Of a stretch of 64,000 bases of DNA, positions 37,716 to 51,717 are shown in pieces (the stretch's first letter is position 1; the number at the start of each line of letters is the position of its first letter). This stretch comes from Sphyrna mokarran (lineage: Eukaryota), in contig JAGIQG010000011.1 in the NCBI GenBank assembly GCA_024679065.1, forward strand, positions 71,176,001 through 71,240,000, written 5' to 3'. The position numbers were made by a program, and so were the translations under genes. The notes under the pieces are model-generated. The model was given only the letters and a program-made list of their open reading frames with translations. It did not search any database and had not been told where the DNA came from.

Positions 37716-40700
37716 GTGAGTACTGCCTAATGCATATGTGCAACTTTATTCCCATCAGCCTGTCTAAATGGAAATAGGAAGACTTGCTTCTTTGACATTT
37801 CTCTTGCTGCGGAGAGTGTGTTGAATTTAATCATTATAAATGGTTTCAAAACTGTTTCAAACTTCAAAATAATCTTTTGTTACCATCCAAGAATATATAC
37901 TTCATTCTAACAAAGTGTTGTGTGCTAATTGAATCTTTATAGCTGTCCATTTCTTAATGCAGATTCCACACAATTGCGTATTCAGACCCTTGTTTGAACA
38001 GAGTGATCTCCTGAATATTCAATGTTTGTTTTTCAAATCTTGCAGTTGCTCTCATTCAAAATGTCATGCACATGAATCCACAATATACTTGAATGTTTGA
38101 AAAATGTTTCAAGCTAGAAGCTTGGATCAAATATTAAATAACCAAATAGCCAGGTTTTGTTCAGCTGGCTATTCCCAAATGTAATGCATTTGGATTGGTA
38201 CAACACAATTCTTTTTTTTAAATGTTGTTGCTCTACCTGCATGAAGCCATGTTTGGAGACCAGATTCATACTGTGAGAATTTGTTCTTCTGCCATATCTA
38301 TAATGATGTTTTGTGCCAGGTAAGTGACACTTTAATTCAGGTAAACAAAGCAAAACAGAAAAGCATGAATCAAATTACATGTTGTGTCAGGAAAAGTCAA
38401 CTAAAACCATTCAGTTTAAATCCCTGATCTGTCAGAGTCCATTACTTACTCCAACTTGCTTATCCTGCACAGCCATTTAGCCTCAAGTAGCCGTCTGTGT
38501 GATTATCATTGAGAGCAAAAGTAAATTGTCTGTTCCTAACTACATTACATAGTCAGGAATTACAGAATATAATATGAGGAGGATTCCATTCGGTGACTAT
38601 GGCTGCCCTTTGAAAGAGACATCTAATTTTCTCACCCTGCTGCCTTTTCCTTACCATGCAAATCTTTCCTATTCAAGTGTTTATCCAATTCTCTTTTGAA
38701 AGTTACTCTAAAATCTGATTCTACTATCTTTTCCTCCAGTAATTCCAGATTGTAGCAACTCATTGCATAGACTTTAATTTACAAATATTACTACTGCTTC
38801 TTTTTGCCAGAAGTTTTAGTGAAAGTTGAGGCACTTATCTAATGCCTTTTGGAAATCCAAGTGGTTACATCTACAGGTTACCCTTGTGTCTTACCTTCTG
38901 AAAAATCTTGAATAAATTCAAACTTGATTTCTCAAAGCAGTCTGCCTGATCACATTATTATTTTCTAGGAATTGTGCTGTGCCTTTCTTGTGCTATTTCT
39001 TGTGCTATATCTTTCCCTATTTCAATGGTGACTGTTTTACATTTCCCCACTCCTTTCCATCTTTTAATTTTTCAAGTATTTTCCGAAAGGTTTCTAAGTC
39101 TTCTACAGTGAAAACAGACATAAAGGGTGGAAATTTTCCATCTGAGACTATGACAGGAAGGTGAAGAGTTGCCCATTGTGGAGAGCAATAGGAAACCATT
39201 TCATATCTTCTGTTCCCTGATCTTATTAATTGTGCAGCTGAGGATGTTTTGGCATATTTCTTGGTGCAGGCATGATATGATGCATCCTGCCATCATATCT
39301 GGGTGCCATATTGAAAATGTGCACAATATCACTCACCCACCTTGAAGAATGAAAACGATCATCCTGAAAAGAAAGATGGACTTCTGGAAACACTTTGAGG
39401 TTGGAAGATGGATCTCCTCATGACATTGAATCTAGAAGATCCACCAGGCATCCAGCAGGTTTTCCAACATGGCAGCACCAGTGGAAATTTATGCAGACAT
39501 GAAACTAATTTTTAGATTTCCATCAAATGCCCTTTCTGCAACTGCCTGCCATTGAACCCACCAGTGAGTGCATGTCAGAAATGGCATTAATGGTGCCCAG
39601 ATTCCCCCCAACTATACAAATATCCAACCCGATGACTGAGGAATTTTGATTTTGGGTTGAACGTGGCATATAGGATATGCCATTATCTATGGGTAATTTG
39701 CTGAAGATGAGTTGCAGTATTACAATGAGGGAAATGAAGGAGAGGGTTGTTGCAATGTTACTTGCTCCAATCTTCACTGAAATACGGTATATGATGAGGA
39801 TCTTATTGAATAATTGAATCTTCCACCTTTTAGCCAGATCATTCCATACCATAACAATTCACTGCACTTAAACAGAAAGCTCTCCATCTTCCCTATTGTG
39901 CTTTATCCTTTGACTATTGATCCTCCTGGTACTGTACACATTTTCTCCTCATTTATGCTATCAAAGTATAATAACACTTCAATGAAATCTCCCCTTAACC
40001 TTCTTATCATAATGACAGACTATACTCTGATATAGCCAGTTATAAAATGTACCTAATCAGATAGCTGGGAATAGTAAGATTATTGAATCAACCTGTTTGC
40101 CTTCGAAAGATGGAGAGAAATTTTGTTTTATCGCAAGTAGCCCTAATCTTTTCTGAGACTTTGCCCCTCTCAGGAGATTGTATGGCTTTAAATGGGTGGC
40201 TAAATGGTATGTTTGTTGTAAAGTGGCTGAATAGGGGTTTTCACGGCTTTGGAGACATTATTGTCTTTGTTTATTGTTTTTTCACAAGTTTGAACCATTG
40301 CTGCTTACATACAAGCATCCCTGACAGTGTGACTACTGGTAGGTGTTGCATTGTATTCATTGAAAAACATGGAAGAATTTATATATAACATCTTGTTTCT
40401 TGATTCACAACCATAAGCTTGCATTGAAAAGAAAATTTGGCTAGGGGATAGAATGGCCTCCATGATGCAGATGAGGGAGGCTGCGGGGACCATTGTTCCA
40501 TCCCACTAGGTGCCCAGCTCACTGCACTAACAATCAGGCTACTGCTGCAGCCTCTGGCTATGCATGCTGCACTTCCACAGTGATGGCCTGGCAGCTGTGG
40601 CCTTTTAAACTGAAATTTTCTTACCTTCTTTTCAGAGGATGCCTCCAGGTGGGATCTGCTGACATCATTGCTGGAGGACCTCCTATTCGCCTTCCAGTCT

Positions 40701-41164
40701 CAGTATTCCCCATTCTCAATTAAATGGGGGAGCAAGCTCCTTGTCTGCTAGTTTGCCATTCCTTAGACATCCATAGCAACAATGGTTCAGGAGCCAGAAA
40801 TTCTCCTGATGTCAGACAAAACAAAGGTTCAATCCATAGTCTGTGGATTTATTTTTGGATATCACATTTCCTTTAAATTTTTAGTCAGCATTACTTTTTA
40901 GGGTAATGATCTTAATTCATTTAATACACGCATTACGCCCTTTTTGCTGTAACCTGCTCCATTACCATACACAGATATCTTCTCTATATTTTATTCTTGA
41001 TCTCTCTGTTCCCAGTTGATGCTCAATATAGTTTTCACATTGTGAGTTCTAAAAGCATCTAGCCTTTGCTTTTGTGTTTTCTATTGGGGCCGAACCTTCC
41101 CACTGTGCAGAAGTGACATGTGTGGGCCTTTAATTCAGAACGAAATTTGAATAGAGTATAGAGA

Positions 41165-41850
41165 AAGAACTTGTATTCAGGAAGAGCCTTTCACATCCTC
41201 AGGATACCCCACTTCATTGCCAATTAATCTCCTTTGAAGTGCGGGCACTGTTGTCATGCAAGCAAATGCATCAGATAATTTACACACAGCAAGGTTCCAC
41301 AAGCAGCAAGCCAGATAAATGACCAGTTAACAAGTTACAGTAATCTACATTGAGGGATAAATATTGTTAGGAAGCTGAATTCATTTTAATATTCACTTTA
41401 ATAGGTAGATGGGATATTTATTTCATGTCTCATCTAACAAATAACACTCAGTATCCTTTTTTTTTCTATTCATTCCTGGGATGTGAGAAATGCTCGCACT
41501 TAATGTCCATCTATAATTGCTCTTGAGAAGGTGGTCCTTGAAAGTGCTGCAGTCCATGTGTTGTAGGAGCACGCACACTGCTGTTCAAATGGGAGTTCCA
41601 GGATTTTGACCCAGCGACAGTGTTGGAATGTTGCCATAGTTCCATGTCAGGATGGTGTGTGGCTTAGGAGGGAAATTGCAGGTGGTGGTTTTCCCATCCA
41701 TTTACTTCCCTTGTCTTTCTAGGTAGTAGAGATTATGGGCTTGGAAAGTGTTGTCAAAGGAGTCTTGATGAATACGTAATACTGAATAAGGGTCAGTCTA
41801 GACTCTGTAATCCAACCCACATTTAAGCTTAAACTCACAGCCTTCTGATT
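41165..41850 (-). mobile_element. Old Deu-SINE (SacSINE1-like) split by a LINE 3' fragment (41460-41770)
   Basis: ttgaagtgcgggcactgttgtc...cacacagcaaggttccacaag...ttgagggataaatattg. The head part ctcacagccttctga resumes after the insert. Confidence 0.55.
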
Positions 41851-42299
41851 TATGGATTTTAGTTTGAAGTCACGTCCTGGTGGAAGAAATTGGAGAGGCC
41901 TGGAAGAGCTGTTGTGAGATGGAGAAACTGGAGAACAGATTTACTGGATGTCTTTCAGAATTTAAATGGAAGGCTGCTTTAACTTTTACTCTCTGTGGTA
42001 TTACAATCCACAGCGATCTGAGACTGGAAGTATGCTTCACAGGGCCAAAGCTTCTGAGGTTTTTTTTGGAGAGGGGAAGGAAATGGGCATCAGGGATTGC
42101 AGAGGGGCCAAGGATTATAGAAGAGAGGATTCAATGGTGGCTCAGCATTCTATGGTGCACCCAGGATCCTATTGTGGTGCACTACAGAAGTGGGGTAGGA
42201 CAAAATGGTGGTCAAGGAAACCAAAAGGCAGTCAAATGGGAGTTTGTCTTAGAATTCCTTTAATGCCACTTGACCCATCAAATCAGCACCAACTCTTCT

Positions 42300-42590
42300 G
42301 ATACAGCATTTTATCCAAGCCCTCTCACTTGCACTATCTCCATACATTTCCCATGGCTAATCCCATCTATCTACATATCTTGGAACATTAAGGGGCAATT
42401 TAGCATGGCCAATCCACCTAACCCATACATCTTTCATCTGTGGGAGGAAACCGGAGCACCTGGAGGAAATCCACACAGACATAGGGAGAACATTCAAACT
42501 CTTCACAGGCAGTCACTCAAAGCCAAAATTGAACCTGGGTCCCTGGCACTATGAGACAGCAGTGCTAACCACTGTGCCACCATACCACCC
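42300..42590 (-). mobile_element. HE1-like SINE
   Basis: aaggggcaatttagcatggccaatccacctaacc...gcagtgctaaccactgtgccacc. Confidence 0.85.
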
Positions 42591-44293
42591 ACAATGATAG
42601 TGTGAAGGCAGCCAACAACTGCAGAGTGGGGATTTAATTTTGGATATTGAGGAACCCTGCCTCTCCTCCTGGCCTTACACATTTACCTCAGGATTCAGTT
42701 CTTCTTGCCTCTTTTAAGCTGTTAGTGAAACCCAGTTGCCTATGACTAGCAAAGTTAAAATGAAGGCACGCACCCTCATTAAAATACTTAAATGACCAAC
42801 TCATCTCCCATAAACTAGTTTCTTAAGTGTCCCTCTCTGGATTTGTATTAAAAGTAGGAATGGGTAGTTTTGCTTTGCAATTTCCAGATTGCTTTGCATT
42901 TTAATCTCTGTGCCACCCGTTTTTGGGAGTTAAGTTTTCGCCGAAAACGAGAGTGCAAGTTAACATGTAAGCCGCTGTGTAACGGTGCTTGAATAAAATG
43001 GCATCAAGTGATGTTACCAGCATGTTATTTTTATCTGAATACATGAATACGTGCAAATGTCTAATAGAAGTATCCAATAGATAGAGTGGTATGGGCTTTT
43101 AGTGGCTGAGTATCTCAAGAAATTCTAAGAACAATGAGATATGCTTCTGAAGTGCATATATATATCAAGGATCAAAAAATCCAGTAATGTTAAGATGCTT
43201 TAGTTCCTGCTGTTTCCTGCAGTAAATATATGTTCTGGTTTCTTTGCAACGTCAAGTATAACTACAATTGTAGATAGATGTCTCTAAATGGATTCCACTT
43301 ACCTATAGCGATGCCTCAAATAGCACAAGGGCTCAGAGCGTATGACCTCCCCCATGTCATTATATACAAAGAGGTAATCTCTTCAAAGACTACCTTTTTG
43401 TTTAACTGCTATATAATATTTGCCAGATATCCTGCTGCCCTCAGTCAACCCCCGGACCAAGAGGCACTCCTATCTACCTAAATGTTTCTGCATGTTTCCT
43501 TCCTGACAGACCCACGTTAAAAGCTGAGATACATACGAGAACGTTGCACCTTTTAATGGTCTTACTTTTAAACTATGTTTATAGGAATCTTGACATGACA
43601 GTGTCCAGGCCAAGCTACAAATCTCATTGTTTGCTAAACCAATCAGTAGGTAATATTTCATCAGAAAAGGAAACCGTCTTAAATTGTCTCTATATGCGGC
43701 TGTTTCCAACCAGTCTACCTAATTAACCTGTGACAGTCAAATCCATTTTTAAAATATATATGTAATATATATACATACTGGAATCATTATGTACTTTTAA
43801 AATGTTTACTTGGAATGCTAATTTATTTCCTGATGTGCAGCATAGTACATCAATTATTTCATCACTTGTTTCTACAGCCCATGTACAGAAATGCTTAGCA
43901 TGTAGGATTGTGAACTACCCTATAATTGCAGTGTTCAAGGGTGTATGACACAAAAAAACCTATTTAAGCTGACTTATTAGGAATCGGGCAGCTGGGTAAA
44001 ATAAAGAAGGGGGTTATTATTAAGGTTAATCTATATATTTTTCTCTCTTACACTAATATCTTAATGAGTGCCTGAGCTACATTAACAGCACAACATCCAT
44101 ACAAGAGAAGAACTTTATTCTGCGCTTGTGAACAAAATAGTAGAGTGAAAGCCACAATATGTTTAATCAAAAATAGGTGATGGTGAGAGAACATTGCACT
44201 GCATGAAAATGTAACAATTACTTCAATTAATTTTTGAAAGAATAAATGATGCCTCAGAGTAAGGCAGAAAATTGCAGTCTAACCTTGCAATCA

Positions 44294-44567
44294 GGGGTGG
44301 CATGATGGCACAGTGGTTAGCACTGATGCTTCACAATGCCAGAGACATTGGTTCGATTCCTGGCTTGGGTCACTGGCTGTGTGGAGTTTGCACACTGTTT
44401 GCGTGGGTTTCCTCCGGGAGCTCTAATTTCCTCCCACGTTCTGAAAGACGTGCTGATTAGATACATTGACCCGAACAGGCGCCAGACTGTGGTGAATAGG
44501 AGAACTTCAATGTCACTTCATTGCAGTGTTAATGTAAGCTTTATTTGTGACGAATGAATAAACTTTA
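44294..44567 (+). mobile_element. tRNA-derived SINE (gaacaggcgcc...ttcattgcagtgttaatgtaag tail type)
   Basis: ggtggcatgatggcacagtggttagcac; ggttcgattcc; tail aataaacttt. Confidence 0.85.
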
Positions 44568-45827
44568 TTTTAGGTGATATCATACACTTAGGGGGAAATA
44601 AAACTTGTACATAAACTGTAGTTTTCTTCCTTCAGGTCATACCTTGGAATTTATTAAAGATCACTCTCCAGCCATTCCCACCAGTAGAATTCTCCCATCC
44701 TGCTACAGGAAGGGAGATTTGGCTGGGTGCCAAATTCTCCATCCTCTCTGACAGTGGCAGTTGGCCATGAACAGCTAGAGAAATTCTGGCCTTTGTTTAC
44801 TGTTTAATTGGTTTGTGGCAACTTATAAAACAACTATATGTTTCTGCTTTTGGTGCATACTTTATGTAATTTTATGGAATGACAAAAAAGATTGTGTTAA
44901 AATTTCACTAAAAGCTAACTCATCTCCTTCTGCAACATTGGAGTTCCACCAATTTCCCACCAAGAAAATAAGAGAGAGCTGGTTTATGCTGAGGCCCCCG
45001 AAATTTCAGCAAACTTCTGTACTGAGTTGCAAAATACAGAATTTCTATCCACTCCTTATTAATCAAATAACAAGCTGAGACTGGGGGACAGGGCTGGACA
45101 TTACCTAAGCTGGGAGTTCTCAGTTCTGCCCACAGAAAGGGATGTCATAGAATTGGCCTAATTATTCTGGTGAACTCGTTGTTGATTTTCACTTGGGTAA
45201 TCTTATACTGATTATGCTTCAGTCATTATTTCCTTGGTATGCACAATATCATATGTTCTTGTTATCTCATTGTCACTGCAACTGCTACTGTTAACAACAA
45301 AATCCAGACCCCAAATTAATTTACACTACTTCTGCATCCAGATGTGGCTATCTCTCTCCGATTCCAGCCATGAAGCAATGGGTTAACGCACCGTCACTAT
45401 GAACAAATCAGTACTGTGACATAGAAAACAGTTGTGTGTGTATACATTTATAAGACATTTTGTGCCTCTATTCAGGTGTGCTATCATTTTTACAAAGTAT
45501 CAAGGTATATTATGCCTAATACATTCACAATTCTGATTTTGATGCATAGTTGTTAGCACAATTGCTCCTTGCATTAGAAGATTGCAGATTTTAGCCTTTC
45601 TTAATGTTGGAGCTCAAAACCGAGCTGTGCATTTGAGTTCAGAAGTGAAGCAATGTTTTATTTCCCAAGGTGTTGTCCTCTGGATGTAATTTTAAACTAA
45701 ACTCTTACCTATCTATTCAGATGGGCATTTGTATGTCCCATATCAGTATTCAACTAATATGGAGCTTTCCCATAGCTCTGATGAACAGCCTTTAAGATTT
45801 GCCACCAAAATAAAATACAATAACTGC

Positions 45828-46774
45828 GGGCCAATTCTCCCAAAAAAAATTTAAGTGTTGAACTTGTAGAAAAACTAAAGTAAATCATGCTGTTTTTTTC
45901 GGCAGGGTTTTCAAAATGTATTTCCCACACTGTGCACTGCAGAGTGCACTGGCGTGAATCATATAAAAGATCAGGGAGTTGGGCCTATTCCCACTGGAGA
46001 GGCTGGCAGCATGCACTGAGAGGGCAACTGCACATATGCCAATCTGTCAGTGCTGAGATCGGCACATGTGCAGTGGGTCCTATCTGCCCTATCACTGTAC
46101 CCACAGAGATGTGACTCCCGCATTGCTGCTCTTCCACCGCCACACCGAACCGTGGGCTGATAGCTGGCCTCTACCCCCCACCAACTGCAGCCTCAATTTC
46201 CCACTACCTTTAAGACCCCCAACCCACTGGCAATTCCAGCCATTACTCCCCTACAGTCTTGACCCCCCTGAAGTCAAGCCCCACCCCCTTGGCATTGCCT
46301 GATGCCCAGTGGGCAGTGCCAAGGTGCCTCCTGGATATTGGCACTTTGTCCCTTGGACAGTGCCACGGACCCAGGCTGGCTTTGTCAGTGTCAATGCCCA
46401 GGGGGCACCCTGCTACCCAACCCTCTGTGTACACCTAGATTGCCACCGTCACTGCAGCAGGGTTAGGCCTCCAGTCCCCTGCAAGTGGGGAGTTACTGTA
46501 AACCCTGCCTGAGTGAAATACTCCTGGCCATGGCGGGGGGTGGAGAGGATGGTTGGAGGGGAAGGAATGGAATGTTATTAGACCGCAGACTTCAGTCCTG
46601 AGCCCACCATTATTTAAAATACATTAAAATGAAGGGCTGCATATGTAATGCAATTCCTTGCCTATTTCTGGAGCTGATGATGCTGGAAATTGGCCCCTTG
46701 TGGACATGCCCAGGGTGGATCGTGCTAACTCACCGCGCAAAAAAATCAGTGCAACGGGATGGGAGAATCATCCC
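45828..46774 (+). mobile_element. ~950-bp Harbinger-type non-autonomous element
   Basis: 14-bp TIRs gggccaattctccc / gggagaatcatccc; homologous to 57260-58447. Confidence 0.65.
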
Positions 46775-47110
46775 TTGATCTTTCCTTGCATGATGTTTAT
46801 GTCATGTTACTGGTGCACAATGGCTGATGCACAATCATTTCCATAGGTTGAAAGATGAGAAGGGAAACATTGAGAGGCTTGAGCTGCAGTTTTTGTATTC
46901 CCCTTGTCCATGCCTTATCTTATTTAAGTATTGACCAAGATTAATTTAAATTTTAATAACCTTTCAAATGCTTGACAACAAGTTGAATTTATCCTTGGCA
47001 TGTAGGTCCTGGACTGTAGCTTTTGTCAAAAATAGTACAATACTTACATCCTCATTACCATGAAAATTTACAACACTTTTCACAGGTGACAACTAATCTC
47101 CCAATGGTCA

Positions 47111-47247
47111 GGGCCAAAATGTTCCTGTCTCGCCTACCATAGGAATTGTAGCGGATGAGACAGAAATTCCGGCAATCCATTTAAAGGTCCGTTCAACTCT
47201 GAGGGAATTTCTGGTCTTGGGGCATGAGCAAAGGGAGAATCTCAATC
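47111..47247. mobile_element. Harbinger-type MITE, inverted relative to the 5845 copy
   Basis: gtccgttcaactctgagggaatttctggtcttggggcatgagc resembles the reverse complement of the 5845/21716 interior. Confidence 0.55.
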
Positions 47248-49739
47248 TATGTGTACCGATATAAAAATTAAATTATGCTCGTTCAATATGTTTTAAACTT
47301 GTGAACTTGCATACACAATTGATCAGTGAAAATTTTATTCTAAATATGTGAAAGTTCACTAAGTCCGAGCACACACCCACTCACATTTCCTAGTGTGATT
47401 ACTCTGATTCTGTTCAAAACCTGTAACGATTCAGTTACCATTAACTCAGTCTTTGCCATCTAAGGGTACACAGAGTAGTGTCAGTTTGTGCAAAGTGATG
47501 AATGAAAGATGGAAACACAGTCAACCCTAACACTAAAATCCACACTATTTGCGTCTTGTTGGATTATAAATAAAGCATATTAAAAAACTCAAACAGTACA
47601 ATCAGTACACAAGCTGCAGCAGCTGATAGTGAATCTAGAGCAATGTTTGTGCAAATGCAATGCTAAATATCACATCATTGTAATATTTAGCTCAGAAAAT
47701 GTCAAAGCTCAGTTCTGGAAAGGAAGCTTGTCTTCTGACTGAGAACAGAAAATAGATTGACAGAGAACCAAACTTACTTGGAAGTTCCAATTGTTTAAAA
47801 AAAACATAAATTGCAAAACCTAATGACTAATTGATTAAAGAAAAATACAGATAAAATTGACAGCAACTGATTGTAGAATACCTAGATAAATATATAAGCT
47901 AATCGAGTCAATACTTCTGAGTGACTAATCAGTTCTCAAATGAAAGTGACAAGATGACTACAATAGCTAAATTGCAATCAAACCTAATTAATTCGAGAAT
48001 GATAACTAGAAGTATAAAAAGAGTTGCTTATGTCAGAATTAATTATTTAATATCAGAGATTTCCTTTGGCCTTGCTGGTAAAAAAATCTCACTGATAATC
48101 AAAGTGAATCAGAAAATCAACATTTTAAGACATAATTGTTGTTAAAATGTTTAAGTGGGTCAAACAAATGCCAATCAAGTTCCAAATGGCCAATCAAACT
48201 GACTGGTGATGACATTTAAGAGGAGTGACTGGCTTTCAGATTCACACTAAAGCTTTGTTTCAAATTGTAAGTGAGTGCCTTGCTGGAATAATGGGTTAAT
48301 CATAAATGGGAAGAGATCCAACTAGAGTTCTCAGGAACATCAAGTGACCTGAACAGCGATCTTGTTCAACCACAATAATCCAAGTTCCAGGTTCTCCCCT
48401 AGAGATCAAGATGACAAATGATTGATCTACAGTCAACAAATAAAATGAATTAATAAAAAGAAACTCTCTGTTCAGATTCTGTCTTGCATGAGGCATTGGT
48501 CAGATCATAAAGATTGGGAATGGTGCAACTTCCAACATGGCATCCCGCTCAAAGGATAAACAGCTTAGCACTTGTTTTAAATAACATTATGTGTTCAATC
48601 TGAATGGAAAAGTTAACTTTTGTTTAAAAAGATCTACATTTTATCCCAATTGTCATTCAGAAATCACTCTAGTGTTCCTTCTGAAACAAAACCTCAAAAC
48701 TGTAAACAAATGATTACACAGAAGCACAGAGATGCCAACATGAAGAAGTTGCAAATGAGTCCATCAAATCTCATTTATTGTGAAAATGGTAGATTAATTA
48801 AGTAGGAGCCAATTGCACTTGAAAACCTTAATTAAACAATGCTTAATTATTCATTTAAATAACGATTTAAAGTTGATTAAATAATTTACTGAATAAAATA
48901 TTTTAGCTCAATTAATTGTTTGGGAGGGGGGTGAAATAACAGAAAGTCAACAAGTCTCCTAAGCACTATTACTACCATGTGGTGTATTTAACCAAGATTT
49001 AATTACACAGATAATGCAAAAGTATTGTTAAATTAACTGATAATGATGCCATCTTTCAAACTAAATACAGTTGTAGGCTAAAATCTATTTCTTTCATTTT
49101 TGTGCTATATTTTACATTTATATTACTATGAAGAAATGCAAAGAAATTAATTAATTAAACAAGAATGCATTGGGGAATTTATGGATTTTAGTATGTTCAG
49201 AGTTTTGAGGACTAAAATCCTGGATATTAGCTTTAGTTTAAGGTAATTGTTTTGGTCACTAGTTTAACTAATCAGAATGCTCTTTCCATATCTGCTTGGA
49301 AATGTTACCTGAGCATTCTCTCAAGGTAGACATGTCTTAACTTAAAAAGAGAAATAAGGAATTTCTCAGCAAAGAAATATTGTTTAGGTATCCAAAGTAA
49401 TATCTATATCAGTAATCTGATCCCTGTTATATGTGCTATTTACATGTAACGTGTCAAATATGGTTATTAAATCTACGCTTCACAAGCAAAAATAATGCTT
49501 CTAACAACCTTTCCACCATTCACATGATTTAATGCTCACGTACTTGAGCAGATTTCAATGCTGGGATCTGCAAACAGTCATATTCATGAATTTCAGCATT
49601 TCCACTTCATAGGAGCTCACGTAACTTTTCAATATCAATGTCTCCAAAATAGATAGACTGGATAAAGAATCTGTGAAACTGTATACATTGCAGTAACATC
49701 TTCAAAATAGGGAAATACTGCCAGCGTTTACCAAGACTT

Positions 49740-50045
49740 TTTTTTTAGCTGCACCTCACAAACACATGATCTGGAAGAACAGTACAGCAAGCACATAGAA
49801 ATTACACCAGCTCCAAATTTTCCTTCAAGTCAATCACCATCCTGCTGTAGGCACATCCCCCCAGTCCCTCATTGTCATGATGGAAAATTCCTGGAACTCC
49901 GGACCTAACAGTGTTGAGAGAGCAGTTTCACCATACAGATTGCAGCAGTTCAAAAAGCTAGGGCATTGTCACCTTCTCAATGCAACTGGGAATGGACAAC
50001 AATTACTTGCCAGTGATGCCCAAATCAGGAGAATGAATGAAAAAC
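49740..50045 (+). mobile_element. Old CR1/L2-group LINE 3' fragment
   Basis: acaccagctccaaattttccttcaagtc...cctggaactcc...gaatgaatgaaaaa. Confidence 0.6.
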
Positions 50046-51717
50046 AAAAATAAAATTAAGTAGTCACTCACTACAAACCACCTCATTCTCTTGGACAGTC
50101 ATTATTAGGATGCAACATCAAATCCATCCTAAAATAGAGCCTGTTTCATTTCTTTTGATGTTTGTAATTTTGTTGTGAATGCACTATTGCTAATGAGGAC
50201 AGACGCATACACAGGTATCTAACTGCAAAAAAAAGAGTTAACACAAATGCATTTACAAAAGGGAAATATATTAGTAATGTTAATTGGAATCTGTAAGCAT
50301 ATGTATACATTAAAATTCATTTTAAATTTGGTTCAACTAAAATGTTCAACAATATAAAAATGTCAGGTTCTCTTTGAATACAAGAGAGTAAAGAATCCAG
50401 AAATAGAATGGAAATGTTACAAATAGAGTAGAAATGCCACAATAATGTTGCACAAATGGACTTCTTGCCTGTTTGCCTTTTCAATGATCAGGTGCCAAAT
50501 TACGAAGATTGGGTCATTGGAATAATAAGAACAGGTACCACATTACTAACGGCGATCCTGGCACACCCACACTATGGAATTATAAGAATTTTCCTTCCCT
50601 GCCTGCATCACCAATGACCTGAGTTTCAAGGCAACAAACTTGGATGCTCCTTCATTGATCTGCCTTCCCTCAGATGTTAAATAGTTGTTCTTAAACGAAT
50701 TGTTGCTTGGACACAACATTGATGGGCCCATTTGGCAAATCCGCAGGGTAAACTAGTGTAATTTCCAGAGAGGTTTAGAATCCCAGTGCACTTGTCTTTA
50801 GGTGTGAGGTAATGATAGAGTAGCTTTGGGAGCAGTAATCATGACTCTGATTTGAATCAACCGGTCCTTAGAAGAAGGAAGCCAGACATAAACACGCTTA
50901 ATTCTAAGTTCTCAATTAGAAATATACTAAATCTAAGACGCGAATAGTAAATAATTCTGAGGCTCATATCTTTAAATGCTTGTATTTAAACACAGCGGGG
51001 TACAGGGTGAGTTCTTCCACTTTAATGACAGTGAAGTTGGCACAAACAAACTCCAGTTTCAGTGAAACTCAAAAATAATATCCTCCCCATGACAGCTGAC
51101 ATTTTTAATTGAGCTAATGTAATAGCCATATGAAAGTAGCCTTTGTTCTGATCTCCCAGCATGCTGAACTTGTACAAAATGAAACTTTACATAAAGTAAA
51201 ATACATTTTTATGTGAAAAAAAATTCTCATTGTGATCCATTATCCGGCTGGCTCTAAACTTCAAGCTTCTTTGAAGACAAGCACAAAAGATTTGAGGCTA
51301 TTGCATTCTGCCAGCTCCCAGTTGGTTTTAGGCTAAAAGAAATCCCAGCCATTGCTGATTCAGAGAAAATCAACAAGTCCAACATCAAGGGGGCAGCATA
51401 TCCTTACCCCAGATGGCCAGATCCCCAGTACATACATCATTGCTTGTCCCATTTAATCTAACAGCACTGCAATCGGGAGACTACAAAGATCACTTTGAGT
51501 TGTAATTGAGTGCGACTCTCTTTGTGCCTATTTTTAGGTGTGCAGGTGTACCACAACTAATACAAAAAAATGCCAGTATCACTGCCTCAAGATGAACATG
51601 CTCCTTACGTTGTATACTGAGTCACCGTTAATTGTGGAGACACTTTTACAAACCTGAGCCAGGAGAAGTTAACATGCATTATTTGGGAAATTTTAAACAA
51701 AGCACTGATACATTGAG

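Noticed and set aside
41880-42301. 127-aa and 111-aa overlapping ORFs
   Set aside because: No recognisable protein similarity; sits among decayed repeats and is probably antisense LINE debris.
44630-44670. ttcttccttcag acceptor followed by attaaagatca (IKD-like, recalling the upstream RhoGAP exon)
   Set aside because: Wrong side of the real exon, similarity does not continue, and it runs into a MITE-like sequence.
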